The translations under genes were made by a program, and so were the position numbers. This document shows, piece by piece, positions 1-8,421 of a DNA stretch of 32,000 nt (position 1 is its first letter; the number at the start of each line of letters is the position of its first letter). Origin of the DNA: Candidatus Methanoperedens sp. (lineage in GTDB: Archaea > Halobacteriota > Methanosarcinia > Methanosarcinales > Methanoperedenaceae); contig JAPZAR010000020.1 in NCBI GenBank assembly GCA_027460535.1, positions 1 through 32,000 on the forward strand. The letters are read 5' to 3'. A model generated the notes under the pieces. That model was not told the DNA's origin. It saw only the letters and a program-made list of their open reading frames with translations, and ran no database searches.

Positions 1-447
1 AACCAACCTGTTTACGCCAGCATAAATACTTCAAACCTCAATGGTACATATACGGTTAATGTCAAAGGCATGGCTTCAGCACCGAGGACTGATCCATCCA
101 AACCATACTATCCGCTGAACGGCCGGTGGAGCAGTGTTGCAAGCAGGCAGCTTACTATAGTTCAACCAGCGGGGTTTGATAACGGGACTGTTTATGGAAC
201 CCTGGGTAACATTGCAGGTGCAACAATAACTACCAACACGGGTGTTTCCACGACAACGAACGAGACCGGTTTTTATTCCTTGAATTTAGTAGCTGGTACC
301 TATCAGTTAACGGCTAGCAAAGAACCTCAGAATTATCCCAATAGTAGCGTGAGCGTGACTGTCGTGGCACGTACTACTGTAGTTCAAAATATTATCCTGA
401 CCCTCAGGCCCACGGGAACGATAAGCGGCACGGTCACGAATGCATAA
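1..447 (+). CDS. 3' end of a secreted/surface protein with a carboxypeptidase-regulatory-like (CarboxypepD_reg) beta-sandwich domain. The 5' end lies outside the window.
   Basis: Frame 1 is open from nt 1, with no stop before the listed ATG at 70, and stops at 445-447. The motif GTVYG..IAGATITTN..TNETGFYSLNLVAGTYQLTASK is typical of CarboxypepD_reg domains. The sequence is Thr/Asn-rich with N-x-S/T sequons. Confidence 0.6.
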   Translation, partial: NQPVYASINTSNLNGTYTVNVKGMASAPRTDPSKPYYPLNGRWSSVASRQLTIVQPAGFDNGTVYGTLGNIAGATITTNTGVSTTTNETGFYSLNLVAGTYQLTASKEPQNYPNSSVSVTVVARTTVVQNIILTLRPTGTISGTVTNA

Positions 448-899
448 GACAGCGGTTCAGTTGCGGAGCGTTCGTGAGATTGAATTATTTGCACTACTAT
501 GAAACAATGCTGGTTGATGGTTCTTATGCGAACAAAATAATGATGTCAAGATTGAGCAATTCCCTACCGTTCAGGCTGGGTGGTACACGAACCCTCGGAA
601 TGGTTATTAAGGATTAAAAATAGCCTTCAGCTTCAAAATACACAATAGCAGCGTCATATTTTACGCAGTGAAAGGAAGACCTGGCGGTTTTAAAGTCCGC
701 CTGGAAACTTGATGAAATGAAGGAATTAACCACTTAGTCATAGCCATGGGCGATTGATATTATCGGACAACCTGTTTAGCCCTGAATAGTTTACTTTGAG
801 GTACTGAGAAAGTTTTCCCAGGGTTCCAACTGAACTGTCCAATAATAATATTAGAAATAATATTTTAAAAAATTCAATACCCGGTGCCATTAATCCTGT

Positions 900-1211
900 T
901 CATAACATTTTCTTTAGTTTATCTATTCTTATCGATTTGTAAATATTAATAAAGTTCGATTTCATCTTTACATCTATAAAAACATTTCTAATGTTCCCTC
1001 CTATGAACTGGCCTGAAGCAAAAGATAGCATAAGAAGTGGTATGATCGTCCAACTGAAACCAGATATTATCCTCAACAGAAATACTAGAGGAACTGGTAG
1101 ATGTATAGCCATCATCCACTGCCTGGAAAACCTATCGGCCTTGGATCTCCAGTAACCGAAGGGTATATTGATTAATAATACTACCAATATTAATTCAATT
1201 AGCGAAAGCAT
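900..1211 (-). CDS. Small hydrophobic membrane protein (about 3 TM segments), function unknown
   Basis: 103-aa ORF with clear hydrophobic helices (LILVVLLINIPFGYW, VPLVFLLRIISGF, IIPLLMLSFASGQFIGG). A GGAGA sits about 10 nt upstream of the ATG. It lies 211 nt downstream of, and co-oriented with, the cytochrome operon. No family was recognised. Confidence 0.45.
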   Translation of the reverse strand: MLSLIELILVVLLINIPFGYWRSKADRFSRQWMMAIHLPVPLVFLLRIISGFSWTIIPLLMLSFASGQFIGGNIRNVFIDVKMKSNFINIYKSIRIDKLKKML

Positions 1212-1422
1212 ATTATTGATTTCTCCTGTGGTTGTGTATTCTTATTCATCTTCGTGGCGCTAAGGGGGTAGAGGAGACTCTAACCGAAAGGTTGGGCAGG
1301 CCCCTGGAAGGATTTGCCAGTTTTGACGATAACTGGCTATCGTTTTCAACTCTGCTAAGAATGTGTTAGCATTTTCTAACAGATTCAGTTCTTTAACCTT
1401 TTGCCGTAAGCTCCTCTATTTT

Positions 1423-2820
1423 CTATTGTGCACCAGCATGACAGCTTAAGCAATTGTCACCTCCAAGACCTCCTGCTGATGTTACCGTTGTCAGAACCTG
1501 TGTAAAATTAGTATATGAAGAATTCTGGACAGAAACGGCTATTACCGTAGGTGTGTTATATGCTCCTCCTGCTGCCGTACTATTTGCTGTAACCTTAAGA
1601 GTAGTTTTGTTGCTACCTCTGGCAGGTACGTAAATCGATGTCCTGCCGAGCACTGATGGTGTTATAAAGTTCGTTGAATCCGAATCAGATACTGCGAGAG
1701 TATAATCTCCATTTGCATTACCGGTATTATTTACAGTAATATTATATGTATAATTACCTCCCTGAGTTATAACAGCAGATATCGGTGATGCCATTATTGT
1801 AACATTGTACGTGGGAGTAGATGGTGCCGTAACAGTCTCAGTAACATTGAAACGACCGCTATTCGCGTTAGTTCCCAGATATATTCTTCCTCCACTTGAG
1901 GTTGTTACCGAGACTTTTAGTGCAAGATATGATCCCGCTGGGGCAGTGAAATTAATGCTGCTCAGATCTATGATATAGCTTTGACCGTATCGAGAAGATA
2001 CTGCCTGCGTCTTGTATCCTAAAGATTTGAAAGTGCCCTTCTGAGCATAACCCAGATCAAAGCGGTATGTTGCAGTATAGCCACTTTTTTGACTCGACAA
2101 ATTAAAAGTAGCATCTGTTTTGCCTGCTATCGTTGTATTCGAACTATAATTTGTCGGTGAAATTGCTAAAAATTGATCACCGCTTTTAGTGGTGGTCAAA
2201 TAATCGATATTACATCCGAATCCTGAACTACTGAGTGAAGTAATCTTATAAGATGTTGGATGAACACCGCAACTTCCCCAGTTGGCTTTATAGCCTGAAG
2301 AACCTATGGCAACTGAAGAAGGAGTCCAATAATACGTCTTATCTGAGGCACTTGCAGCATTAATAAAAGGTATACCGTTATCTGTATACATTCCGGTGTT
2401 TCCGTGACATATATTACAGGCTACTCGAGCAATCTTTACTTTATCAATATGCCCAGTTGCCAATGGAGCACCATATCCTCCTGCACCTGTATGACAATTC
2501 TCGCAAGGAGCTGGTGTCTTAAAGTTTGCTGGATGGCCACTAACAGGTTGCGTACCATCTCCATGACATGCCCAGCATTTCTTGTCCTCTGCATTTACAG
2601 TCGAAGATGCTTCTTTGTTCAAACTCTTATGTCCTGAATTATTTGCAACACTGAAGTTGACATGTTCAGGTGCATAACCTCCATCATCCATACACTTCTT
2701 ACAGTCAGGACCTCCTCCTGCACTTGCCGCATTAATGGAAAATACTATTGAGAAAAATATAATCGAGAATATTACACTTCGTCCCAATATTTTATATTTT
2801 TTATTATTTTTATATTTCAT
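1423..2820 (-). CDS. Secreted tetrahaem c-type cytochrome with a CARDB/DUF11-like beta domain and a haem motif at the extreme C-terminus
   Basis: Sec-type signal peptide (MKYKNNKKYKILGRSVIFSIIFFSIVFSINAASA). Four CxxCH motifs: CWACH, CENCH, CNICH, and CLSCH, which lies 4 residues from the C-terminus. A CARDB-like stretch is present (GGNYTYNITVNNTGNANGDYTLAVS). The start ATG overlaps the upstream stop (ATGA at 2817-2820). Confidence 0.85.
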   Translation of the reverse strand: MKYKNNKKYKILGRSVIFSIIFFSIVFSINAASAGGGPDCKKCMDDGGYAPEHVNFSVANNSGHKSLNKEASSTVNAEDKKCWACHGDGTQPVSGHPANFKTPAPCENCHTGAGGYGAPLATGHIDKVKIARVACNICHGNTGMYTDNGIPFINAASASDKTYYWTPSSVAIGSSGYKANWGSCGVHPTSYKITSLSSSGFGCNIDYLTTTKSGDQFLAISPTNYSSNTTIAGKTDATFNLSSQKSGYTATYRFDLGYAQKGTFKSLGYKTQAVSSRYGQSYIIDLSSINFTAPAGSYLALKVSVTTSSGGRIYLGTNANSGRFNVTETVTAPSTPTYNVTIMASPISAVITQGGNYTYNITVNNTGNANGDYTLAVSDSDSTNFITPSVLGRTSIYVPARGSNKTTLKVTANSTAAGGAYNTPTVIAVSVQNSSYTNFTQVLTTVTSAGGLGGDNCLSCHAGAQ

Positions 2821-4724
2821 GATGACCTCCCAATTCTTATAATTCCTGTCGAACCTCTACCTCTATCTTGATATGGTATAAATTCAATATCGAGCTCAGG
2901 TGATTCAATATTCATATTGAAATTTACGACCTGTGATTTTTTGAGTTTATATTTGGAGGATAGATCCTTTCTAAGGACACCATTTTCATAGACATTCACA
3001 TCAATTTTTGATAGTTTGCTATTTGTTATGGTTATTGAATAGTCTCCATTTAAAAGAGAAACTTGCTTCGCATTTTTACTTGACGAATCTGACTTAACGA
3101 CGAGATTTAATATGACTTCAACCATATTTTTATCTTCAGCTATATTGTTGCTCGCATCATTGTCAGCACTGGTCGATTTTACTTCAACTCTATTTGTGTA
3201 GTTTCCTATGGTTGTATTTGGTACTGTATAACTGACATTGATATTTGCCGTGCCATCTCTTGGCATAGTTCCCAGATCGCAGGTAAAGTTAATCGCTGTA
3301 TCACAAGTTCCCTGAGATGGTGCAACAGTACCCCGGATAAATCCGTCGGGCCATGTATCATATACCTGTACACCTGAGGCGTCCGAAGGACCATTGTTAT
3401 TTACAGTAATAGTATAAGTATAGGTCTTCCCGTCTCCTGCAATGATATTGGATACGGCTTCGTTTTCAGTTATCGATAGGTCAGCATTAGCAGATGCCGA
3501 TGTTCCAAGAAGAGCTTTAGATGCATCTACTATGCCATATCCATAGGTATCATCCTTACCCGGAATTCCTGCATCAAACGCTGTACTATCAATTATCTGC
3601 CTGACATCTTTATTGTCTCTTTTTCCATCTCCATTGACATCAGCAAAATTTGTTGAAAATATCAGAGCCGCCACACCTGTCACATGTGGAGCCGCCATAG
3701 ACGTTCCGCTCAAAAGGCCATATCCTTCTTGTAGACAATGAGTTGTGTCAGCAATAATACATACCGTAGAATTTATTTTTACCCCGGGCGCCGCAACTTC
3801 GATCTTCTGATCTATTGGAGAGAAACTTGCTCTTTGACCATTCTGATCTATAGCCGTCACAGCAATAACAGAATCATATGCCGCAGGGTATAAAACAGGG
3901 CCTCCTCCAGTATTTCCTGCCGCTGCCACTAATAATATGCCAGAATCATATGCGGAATTAATCGCATCGAGTAGAGCAGTATTATTTTCAGGACTTCCAA
4001 GGCTCATGGAAATGATATTCATTCCATTGTCTTTCGCCCATTCTATGCCAGAAATGATTGAACTGGCAGTACCAAAACCGCCTCCGTCCAGTACTTTGAC
4101 TGCATATATGCTTGCCTCCGGTGCTGCTCCTACAACTCCAATACCATTATGTTCTGCAGCAATAGTACCAGAAACATGCGTTCCGTGACAAGTCCTATAG
4201 AATGATAGACAATTGTCATCCCATGGATCAGGATCGTTGTTTACAAAATCGTATCCACCTTTATAATTTCCTGCCAGGTCTGGATGGTTATAATCAATTC
4301 CTGTATCGAACACAGCTATTTTTACTCCAGTTCCATTGACATTTTGGCTATGTACGGGCTCACTACCGATATACTGGACCCCCCATGAACTGGAATATTC
4401 ATCTGTTGTCCTGAAGATAGTGTCGTTCACTATATATTTGATTCTGGAATCTTTTTTCATCTCTTCGATTTTGTCTTCAGGTATTCTTGCCGAAACTGCA
4501 TTTACCAGATGAAAATCTTTTTTCACCTTACCGCCATGACTTTGGACCTGTTCCTCTTCTGAAACTCCAACAGGCTTTTGATAACCAATTATAACGTCAC
4601 GATCTGCGGCAAGTGCTATTCCACTCAAAATAATGATAATAGCACAGGAATGTAGAGTAACCTTCAGAATCGCTCTACCTTTTTGTGGCAGTTTATTTTT
4701 ATTTGAAAGAAAGGATAAAGACAT
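2817..4724 (-). CDS. Secreted subtilisin-like serine protease (peptidase S8) with an I9-type propeptide and a C-terminal DUF11/CARDB-type domain
   Basis: The catalytic triad contexts VFDTGID (Asp), HGTHVSGTIAA (His) and SGTSMAAPHVTG (Ser) are present, with oxyanion AAAGN. The propeptide-like N-domain reads VIIGYQKP...HLVNAVSARIPEDKIEEM. The DUF11-like repeat reads KTYTYTITVNNNGPSDASGVQVYDTWPDGF. I place the start at ATG 4724 (MSLSF..., signal peptide ...IIIILSGIALAA), which has GGAGGA 8 nt upstream. The ORF-track start at 4817 would overlap the upstream gene. Confidence 0.9.
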   Translation of the reverse strand: MSLSFLSNKNKLPQKGRAILKVTLHSCAIIIILSGIALAADRDVIIGYQKPVGVSEEEQVQSHGGKVKKDFHLVNAVSARIPEDKIEEMKKDSRIKYIVNDTIFRTTDEYSSSWGVQYIGSEPVHSQNVNGTGVKIAVFDTGIDYNHPDLAGNYKGGYDFVNNDPDPWDDNCLSFYRTCHGTHVSGTIAAEHNGIGVVGAAPEASIYAVKVLDGGGFGTASSIISGIEWAKDNGMNIISMSLGSPENNTALLDAINSAYDSGILLVAAAGNTGGGPVLYPAAYDSVIAVTAIDQNGQRASFSPIDQKIEVAAPGVKINSTVCIIADTTHCLQEGYGLLSGTSMAAPHVTGVAALIFSTNFADVNGDGKRDNKDVRQIIDSTAFDAGIPGKDDTYGYGIVDASKALLGTSASANADLSITENEAVSNIIAGDGKTYTYTITVNNNGPSDASGVQVYDTWPDGFIRGTVAPSQGTCDTAINFTCDLGTMPRDGTANINVSYTVPNTTIGNYTNRVEVKSTSADNDASNNIAEDKNMVEVILNLVVKSDSSSKNAKQVSLLNGDYSITITNSKLSKIDVNVYENGVLRKDLSSKYKLKKSQVVNFNMNIESPELDIEFIPYQDRGRGSTGIIRIGRSS

Positions 4725-4728
4725 ATAT

Positions 4729-6150
4729 CTATCCTCCTGTGACCTGTGTAGAATTGGCGCCATATATGCTGTTGACTGTTGCTGTATCTCCAATCCTTGC
4801 ATCCGGACTCGTGACATTAATAGACGTTTCTGACCAATTTGTAACTTGGACAGATCGGAACGTAGTTACGTTATTGATCGTAACATATGTCCAATTATTG
4901 TATGCAGGATCGTATGTCCCAAATCCTGAACCGTTGATCGTAACTGTCTTAGATATAAGTGTAGATTTAAGTATTGCAGAGTTGACGATGACTTCCGGCC
5001 CAACTACAAATGGTCTTTTATTACTTTCTTCATTTCCATCTTTTATAAGATATATTGCGTACAAACCTTTATTCAGTGGTGGTATCGTTACAAAAATCTC
5101 ATGATCGTTTATTCTAGTCGGATTTATTGTAATATTACTTATGGTTGTTCCGTTTTTAATAACTCCTTTAGTAAGGGCTACAATTGATGACCGAGTGATA
5201 CCATTAACTGTTGTCACAAAGTTTTCTCCATGGATTGTCAGGTTCGTTGTCTCTCCTAAAAGTGCCTGATTTGTACTAAGGTGGTCAATAGTTGGTACGA
5301 TAAGGTCAGATCCTGGCGCTAAACTGCCTGCTACATACCATGCATGACAACCTTGGCAATCATTTGGTCCAAGATGACCAAAGCCTGACTGCGAAGATGT
5401 ATTGGCAATGTCCCACTGAATATTATGTATGGCATTTATACTATGACATCTCTCGCAAATTCGTATAGAGGAAGGCCCATTCGCCCCATCATGGTTATCA
5501 TGGCACAATTCACATTTTGAGTTGTTCTGATTAATGAATCCACTCAAATTTCCTAAGCTGTGATGTGTCTTATTATTACTGGCTATGAAAGGAGTGGCTG
5601 TTAAATCCTGTCCATGACATGATTCACAACCCCCCCATTTCTTGCCACTTGTTAGATTGATTACTTTAAAAGTTGCATTGGGTGTCAAATTGGATAGTGG
5701 GGAAGTAGCTATATAGTGTCCATCGTTAATATTATCTACCAGACTTCCATGACAGGCTTGACAATTTCCAATCGTTGCAGCTTGTGTTTCGTGATGCTGT
5801 CTTCGAATATTCATCCCGTTAAAGGTATTATTATGGCATTGTATACAATTCCTAACCATTGTAATACCAGTCCCATCTGGAAGAACAGGGTGACAATCTG
5901 TACATTGAAATGGCTGACTTGTGTACCGATTTATAGCATGGTTCGCTACAAGGTTATGATGCGTGTCTGGTACACCTGAGGCATGACAAACTCTGCACAT
6001 TGTCTCATTATAATTAATCAACAATGTATCATAAATACCCATATTTTGATTAACTGGTGGCGCCGGAATAGCAGCAAATGCCAGACCTACCAGTATCAGG
6101 CCTACTGTCATGGGCAATAAATAGTTTAATATAAAATGTTTTTTATTCAT
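4729..6150 (-). CDS. Secreted octahaem c-type cytochrome with C-terminal IPT/TIG-like Ig domains
   Basis: Signal peptide ...LILVGLAFAA. Eight CxxCH motifs: CRVCH, CTDCH, CIQCH, CQACH, CESCH, CELCH, CERCH, CQGCH. The C-terminal half has IPT-like repeats (PTIDHLSTNQALLGETTNLTIHGENF; TVTINGSGFG). I count 18 N-x-S/T sequons by hand. GGAGTGA sits 4 nt upstream of the ATG. Confidence 0.9.
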   Translation of the reverse strand: MNKKHFILNYLLPMTVGLILVGLAFAAIPAPPVNQNMGIYDTLLINYNETMCRVCHASGVPDTHHNLVANHAINRYTSQPFQCTDCHPVLPDGTGITMVRNCIQCHNNTFNGMNIRRQHHETQAATIGNCQACHGSLVDNINDGHYIATSPLSNLTPNATFKVINLTSGKKWGGCESCHGQDLTATPFIASNNKTHHSLGNLSGFINQNNSKCELCHDNHDGANGPSSIRICERCHSINAIHNIQWDIANTSSQSGFGHLGPNDCQGCHAWYVAGSLAPGSDLIVPTIDHLSTNQALLGETTNLTIHGENFVTTVNGITRSSIVALTKGVIKNGTTISNITINPTRINDHEIFVTIPPLNKGLYAIYLIKDGNEESNKRPFVVGPEVIVNSAILKSTLISKTVTINGSGFGTYDPAYNNWTYVTINNVTTFRSVQVTNWSETSINVTSPDARIGDTATVNSIYGANSTQVTGG

Positions 6151-6335
6151 TATTTCACTCCTATCCTATCCATACAAAATTGAAATAATCGATATTTCCA
6201 TAATTTCAAATATCTAAGGGAATATTTTTCTTGAACTCCTTGTTTTAATTCACTTTACCTTATTTTGTTTCTCATTCTATCCTATTTTTATTGATTATAA
6301 CATCTTTTTAAATCATCTTATACAAATTAAGAATC

Positions 6336-6376
6336 AAAAAAATATAAAGGAATTAATTTTAAATAATCAATTCCTT
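6336..6376 (-). terminator. Hairpin plus T7 tract downstream of the 610-aa octahaem gene (read on the minus strand)
   Basis: 6347-6358 (aaggaattaatt) pairs with 6365-6376 (aatcaattcctt): 12 bp with 1 mismatch and a 6-nt loop. On the minus strand it is followed after 4 nt by TTTTTTT (plus-strand A7 at 6336-6342). Oligo-T is the archaeal termination signal. Confidence 0.45.
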
Positions 6377-6454
6377 CTAAATTCATATTTTGCCAGTTTT
6401 TTATTCTTATTTTATTTTCCTCATTTTGTTTTGTCTTTCAATTCATATTTCCAT

Positions 6455-8287
6455 TTACCTCGATATCTGGAAGTTGTTGTCGCTCATATCTGTATACAAC
6501 GAGTTGCTTGTGCTTGTTATTCTTATCTTGTAGTTAGTTCCGGTTGACTGGACGCGAGGAATATTCCAATTATAGGGACCAGTATTCGAAGCACTCTTTG
6601 CAATTGTGCTCACTACTGATGTGCCTTTAAGAAGTTCTATCTTTACACTTCCACCAGGATTACCTACAGATGTCCAAGTTATTGCGTGAGTCGTACCGCG
6701 CTTCCAATTTTCTCCTCCATTTGGAGAAGTAACTGTTATAGACGGTGTAGGTGTCGGAGTACCACCCACTATTGTAGCCGTTGCTTGTCCACTATCTGCA
6801 GTTATCACTGTTACCGTATCTCCTGCTGCTACCGAACCGGATAATGTTGCTACTATCTGTGTATCGCTCCAGCTGGTGATGCTGTCAGAATAATACACAT
6901 TTCCTGCATGATTGAAAGTGACATATTGCTGAGCATTTGTTGCCGGTTGGCTTCCTAATCCAGTTCCTGAGATAGTTAGAGTTCCGCCATTCAATGTCGC
7001 TGAATTTATTGTCACTTTGCTTACCACTGTCAACGGTTTAATGTCGCTTGGTTTGGGCACATTCTCTACAGCATCGGTTTTTACAACCTTGATATAATGT
7101 GCACCTGCTGCCAGATTTACTGTAACAGTTATCTGCCCATTTGATATGACATCTGGAGTGAGATTTGTCTTATCATCTATATTCACAACGGTTGTAGCGC
7201 CAGTCTGCACGAAGTTGGTACCTGTGAGCGTCACAACTGTCGGAGTATTGGCGTTGAATACAGTCGGATTTGCCAACTGAACATCTGGAACAATAGCTCC
7301 TGCGAATGGATTCACATCACCGGCATCATACCATGCATGACAACCCTTGCAGTCCCATGAATGGTTTGCCGGATCTGAAGGATTATTTGAACCTATGTGA
7401 CCATATCCACGTAATGTACTGGTATTGGCAAAGTCATACTGAACATTATGAATAGATCTCACGCTATGGCACGTTTCACATCCTCTGACATTAAGAACAT
7501 CTGATATATCGACATGGCACCATGTGCATTTATCGAATATTTGTGTCGGTCCACCAGTTATTCCAAGTATCTCATTGTGGTGGGCATTATTATTACCAGT
7601 TGCATTTGGCGGGGCACTATATACTCCACCGATGGGACACGGCTGTCCACCAATCCCACAAACTACTTGAGTAAAGTAAATCGGCGGATTTGCTAATGCA
7701 TTCTCCGAATGGCAAGCTAAACAACCTCCCCATACTCTCCCAGAAGTACTGTTGAAGGCTTTGTATAATGCACTGGGTGTCACCTCGCTTGGAGGATAAG
7801 GAGGAATGTAATGTCCGTCATTATAATCATCCACTGATGCGCCATGACAGAATTTGCAATTTCTTGCCTGTGCATGCGTAGTGTTGTGATGGGGCCTGGT
7901 GAAGTTACTTACATGTGCGCCAAGGGAATCGCCCCAGAAAGGAGTACTATTATGACAATCCATGCAATTTCTATCTATTAATATTCCAAATCCTGAACCT
8001 GGTGTTGACGGATGACAGTCTTGACATCCAAATGGTTGGCTTGTGCTTGGATTTATAGCACTCGTTGCAACAAGATTGTGGTGCCTAGTTGGCACTCCGC
8101 CAGTCACCAAGGGACTGGATGTAGAATTATGACAACCTCTGCACAGAGGCTCAGTATAGTTAATCATCATCGTATCGTAAATACCGAAATTCTGATTAAC
8201 TGGTGGCGGCGGAATAGCAGCAATTGCTAATATTGCCAAAAATGCCAGAGCAAAAATCGGTATCAAAATTTTTCCTTTAATTTTCAT
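6455..8287 (-). CDS. Secreted octahaem c-type cytochrome with IPT/TIG-like domains and a C-terminal Kre9/KNH-like Ig domain
   Basis: Signal peptide ...AFLAILAIAA. Eight CxxCH motifs: CRGCH, CQDCH, CMDCH, CKFCH, CLACH, CTWCH, CETCH, CKGCH. It has an IPT-like PDVQLANPTVFNANTPTVVTLTGTNF, a TPTPTP linker, then ITVTSPNGGENWKRGTTHAITW...YKIRITS. It is a paralogue of the 473-aa and 670-aa genes. Confidence 0.9.
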   Translation of the reverse strand: MKIKGKILIPIFALAFLAILAIAAIPPPPVNQNFGIYDTMMINYTEPLCRGCHNSTSSPLVTGGVPTRHHNLVATSAINPSTSQPFGCQDCHPSTPGSGFGILIDRNCMDCHNSTPFWGDSLGAHVSNFTRPHHNTTHAQARNCKFCHGASVDDYNDGHYIPPYPPSEVTPSALYKAFNSTSGRVWGGCLACHSENALANPPIYFTQVVCGIGGQPCPIGGVYSAPPNATGNNNAHHNEILGITGGPTQIFDKCTWCHVDISDVLNVRGCETCHSVRSIHNVQYDFANTSTLRGYGHIGSNNPSDPANHSWDCKGCHAWYDAGDVNPFAGAIVPDVQLANPTVFNANTPTVVTLTGTNFVQTGATTVVNIDDKTNLTPDVISNGQITVTVNLAAGAHYIKVVKTDAVENVPKPSDIKPLTVVSKVTINSATLNGGTLTISGTGLGSQPATNAQQYVTFNHAGNVYYSDSITSWSDTQIVATLSGSVAAGDTVTVITADSGQATATIVGGTPTPTPSITVTSPNGGENWKRGTTHAITWTSVGNPGGSVKIELLKGTSVVSTIAKSASNTGPYNWNIPRVQSTGTNYKIRITSTSNSLYTDMSDNNFQISR

Positions 8288-8367
8288 TTTTGCCTATCCT
8301 CTTTTTTCTTTTTCTATTTTCTGTTTTTTTTCTTTTCTTTTTATATATCCTGCATGAATGTAAAATT

Positions 8368-8405
8368 AAAAAAATTGAAAGAAGAGATCATTCATCCCTT
8401 CTTTC
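8368..8405 (-). terminator. Hairpin plus T7 tract downstream of the 670-aa octahaem gene (read on the minus strand)
   Basis: 8377-8384 (gaaagaag) is the exact reverse complement of 8398-8405 (cttctttc), with a 13-nt loop. On the minus strand it is followed after 2 nt by TTTTTTT (plus-strand A7 at 8368-8374). Confidence 0.45.
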
Positions 8406-8421
8406 TAACTTACAATTTTTT

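Noticed and set aside
1258-1312. A short GC-richer patch with a GAAA-tetraloop hairpin (CTAACC-GAAA-GGTTGG), between the tetrahaem gene and the small membrane-protein gene
   Set aside because: The stem is only 6 bp including a G-U pair, there is no flanking conserved motif, and it could arise by chance. It is insufficient to call an ncRNA or terminator.
2680-2700. CKKCM near the N-terminus of the tetrahaem, considered as a fifth haem-binding site
   Set aside because: The motif lacks the axial His (CxxCM rather than CxxCH), so it was not counted as a haem site.
4725-4817. A 31-codon N-terminal extension of the S8 protease ORF (the ORF-track start at 4817)
   Set aside because: It would overlap the last 89 nt of the upstream cytochrome gene, has no RBS, and reads as non-signal sequence. 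The internal ATG at 4724 has a GGAGGA 8 nt upstream and is followed by a proper signal peptide.
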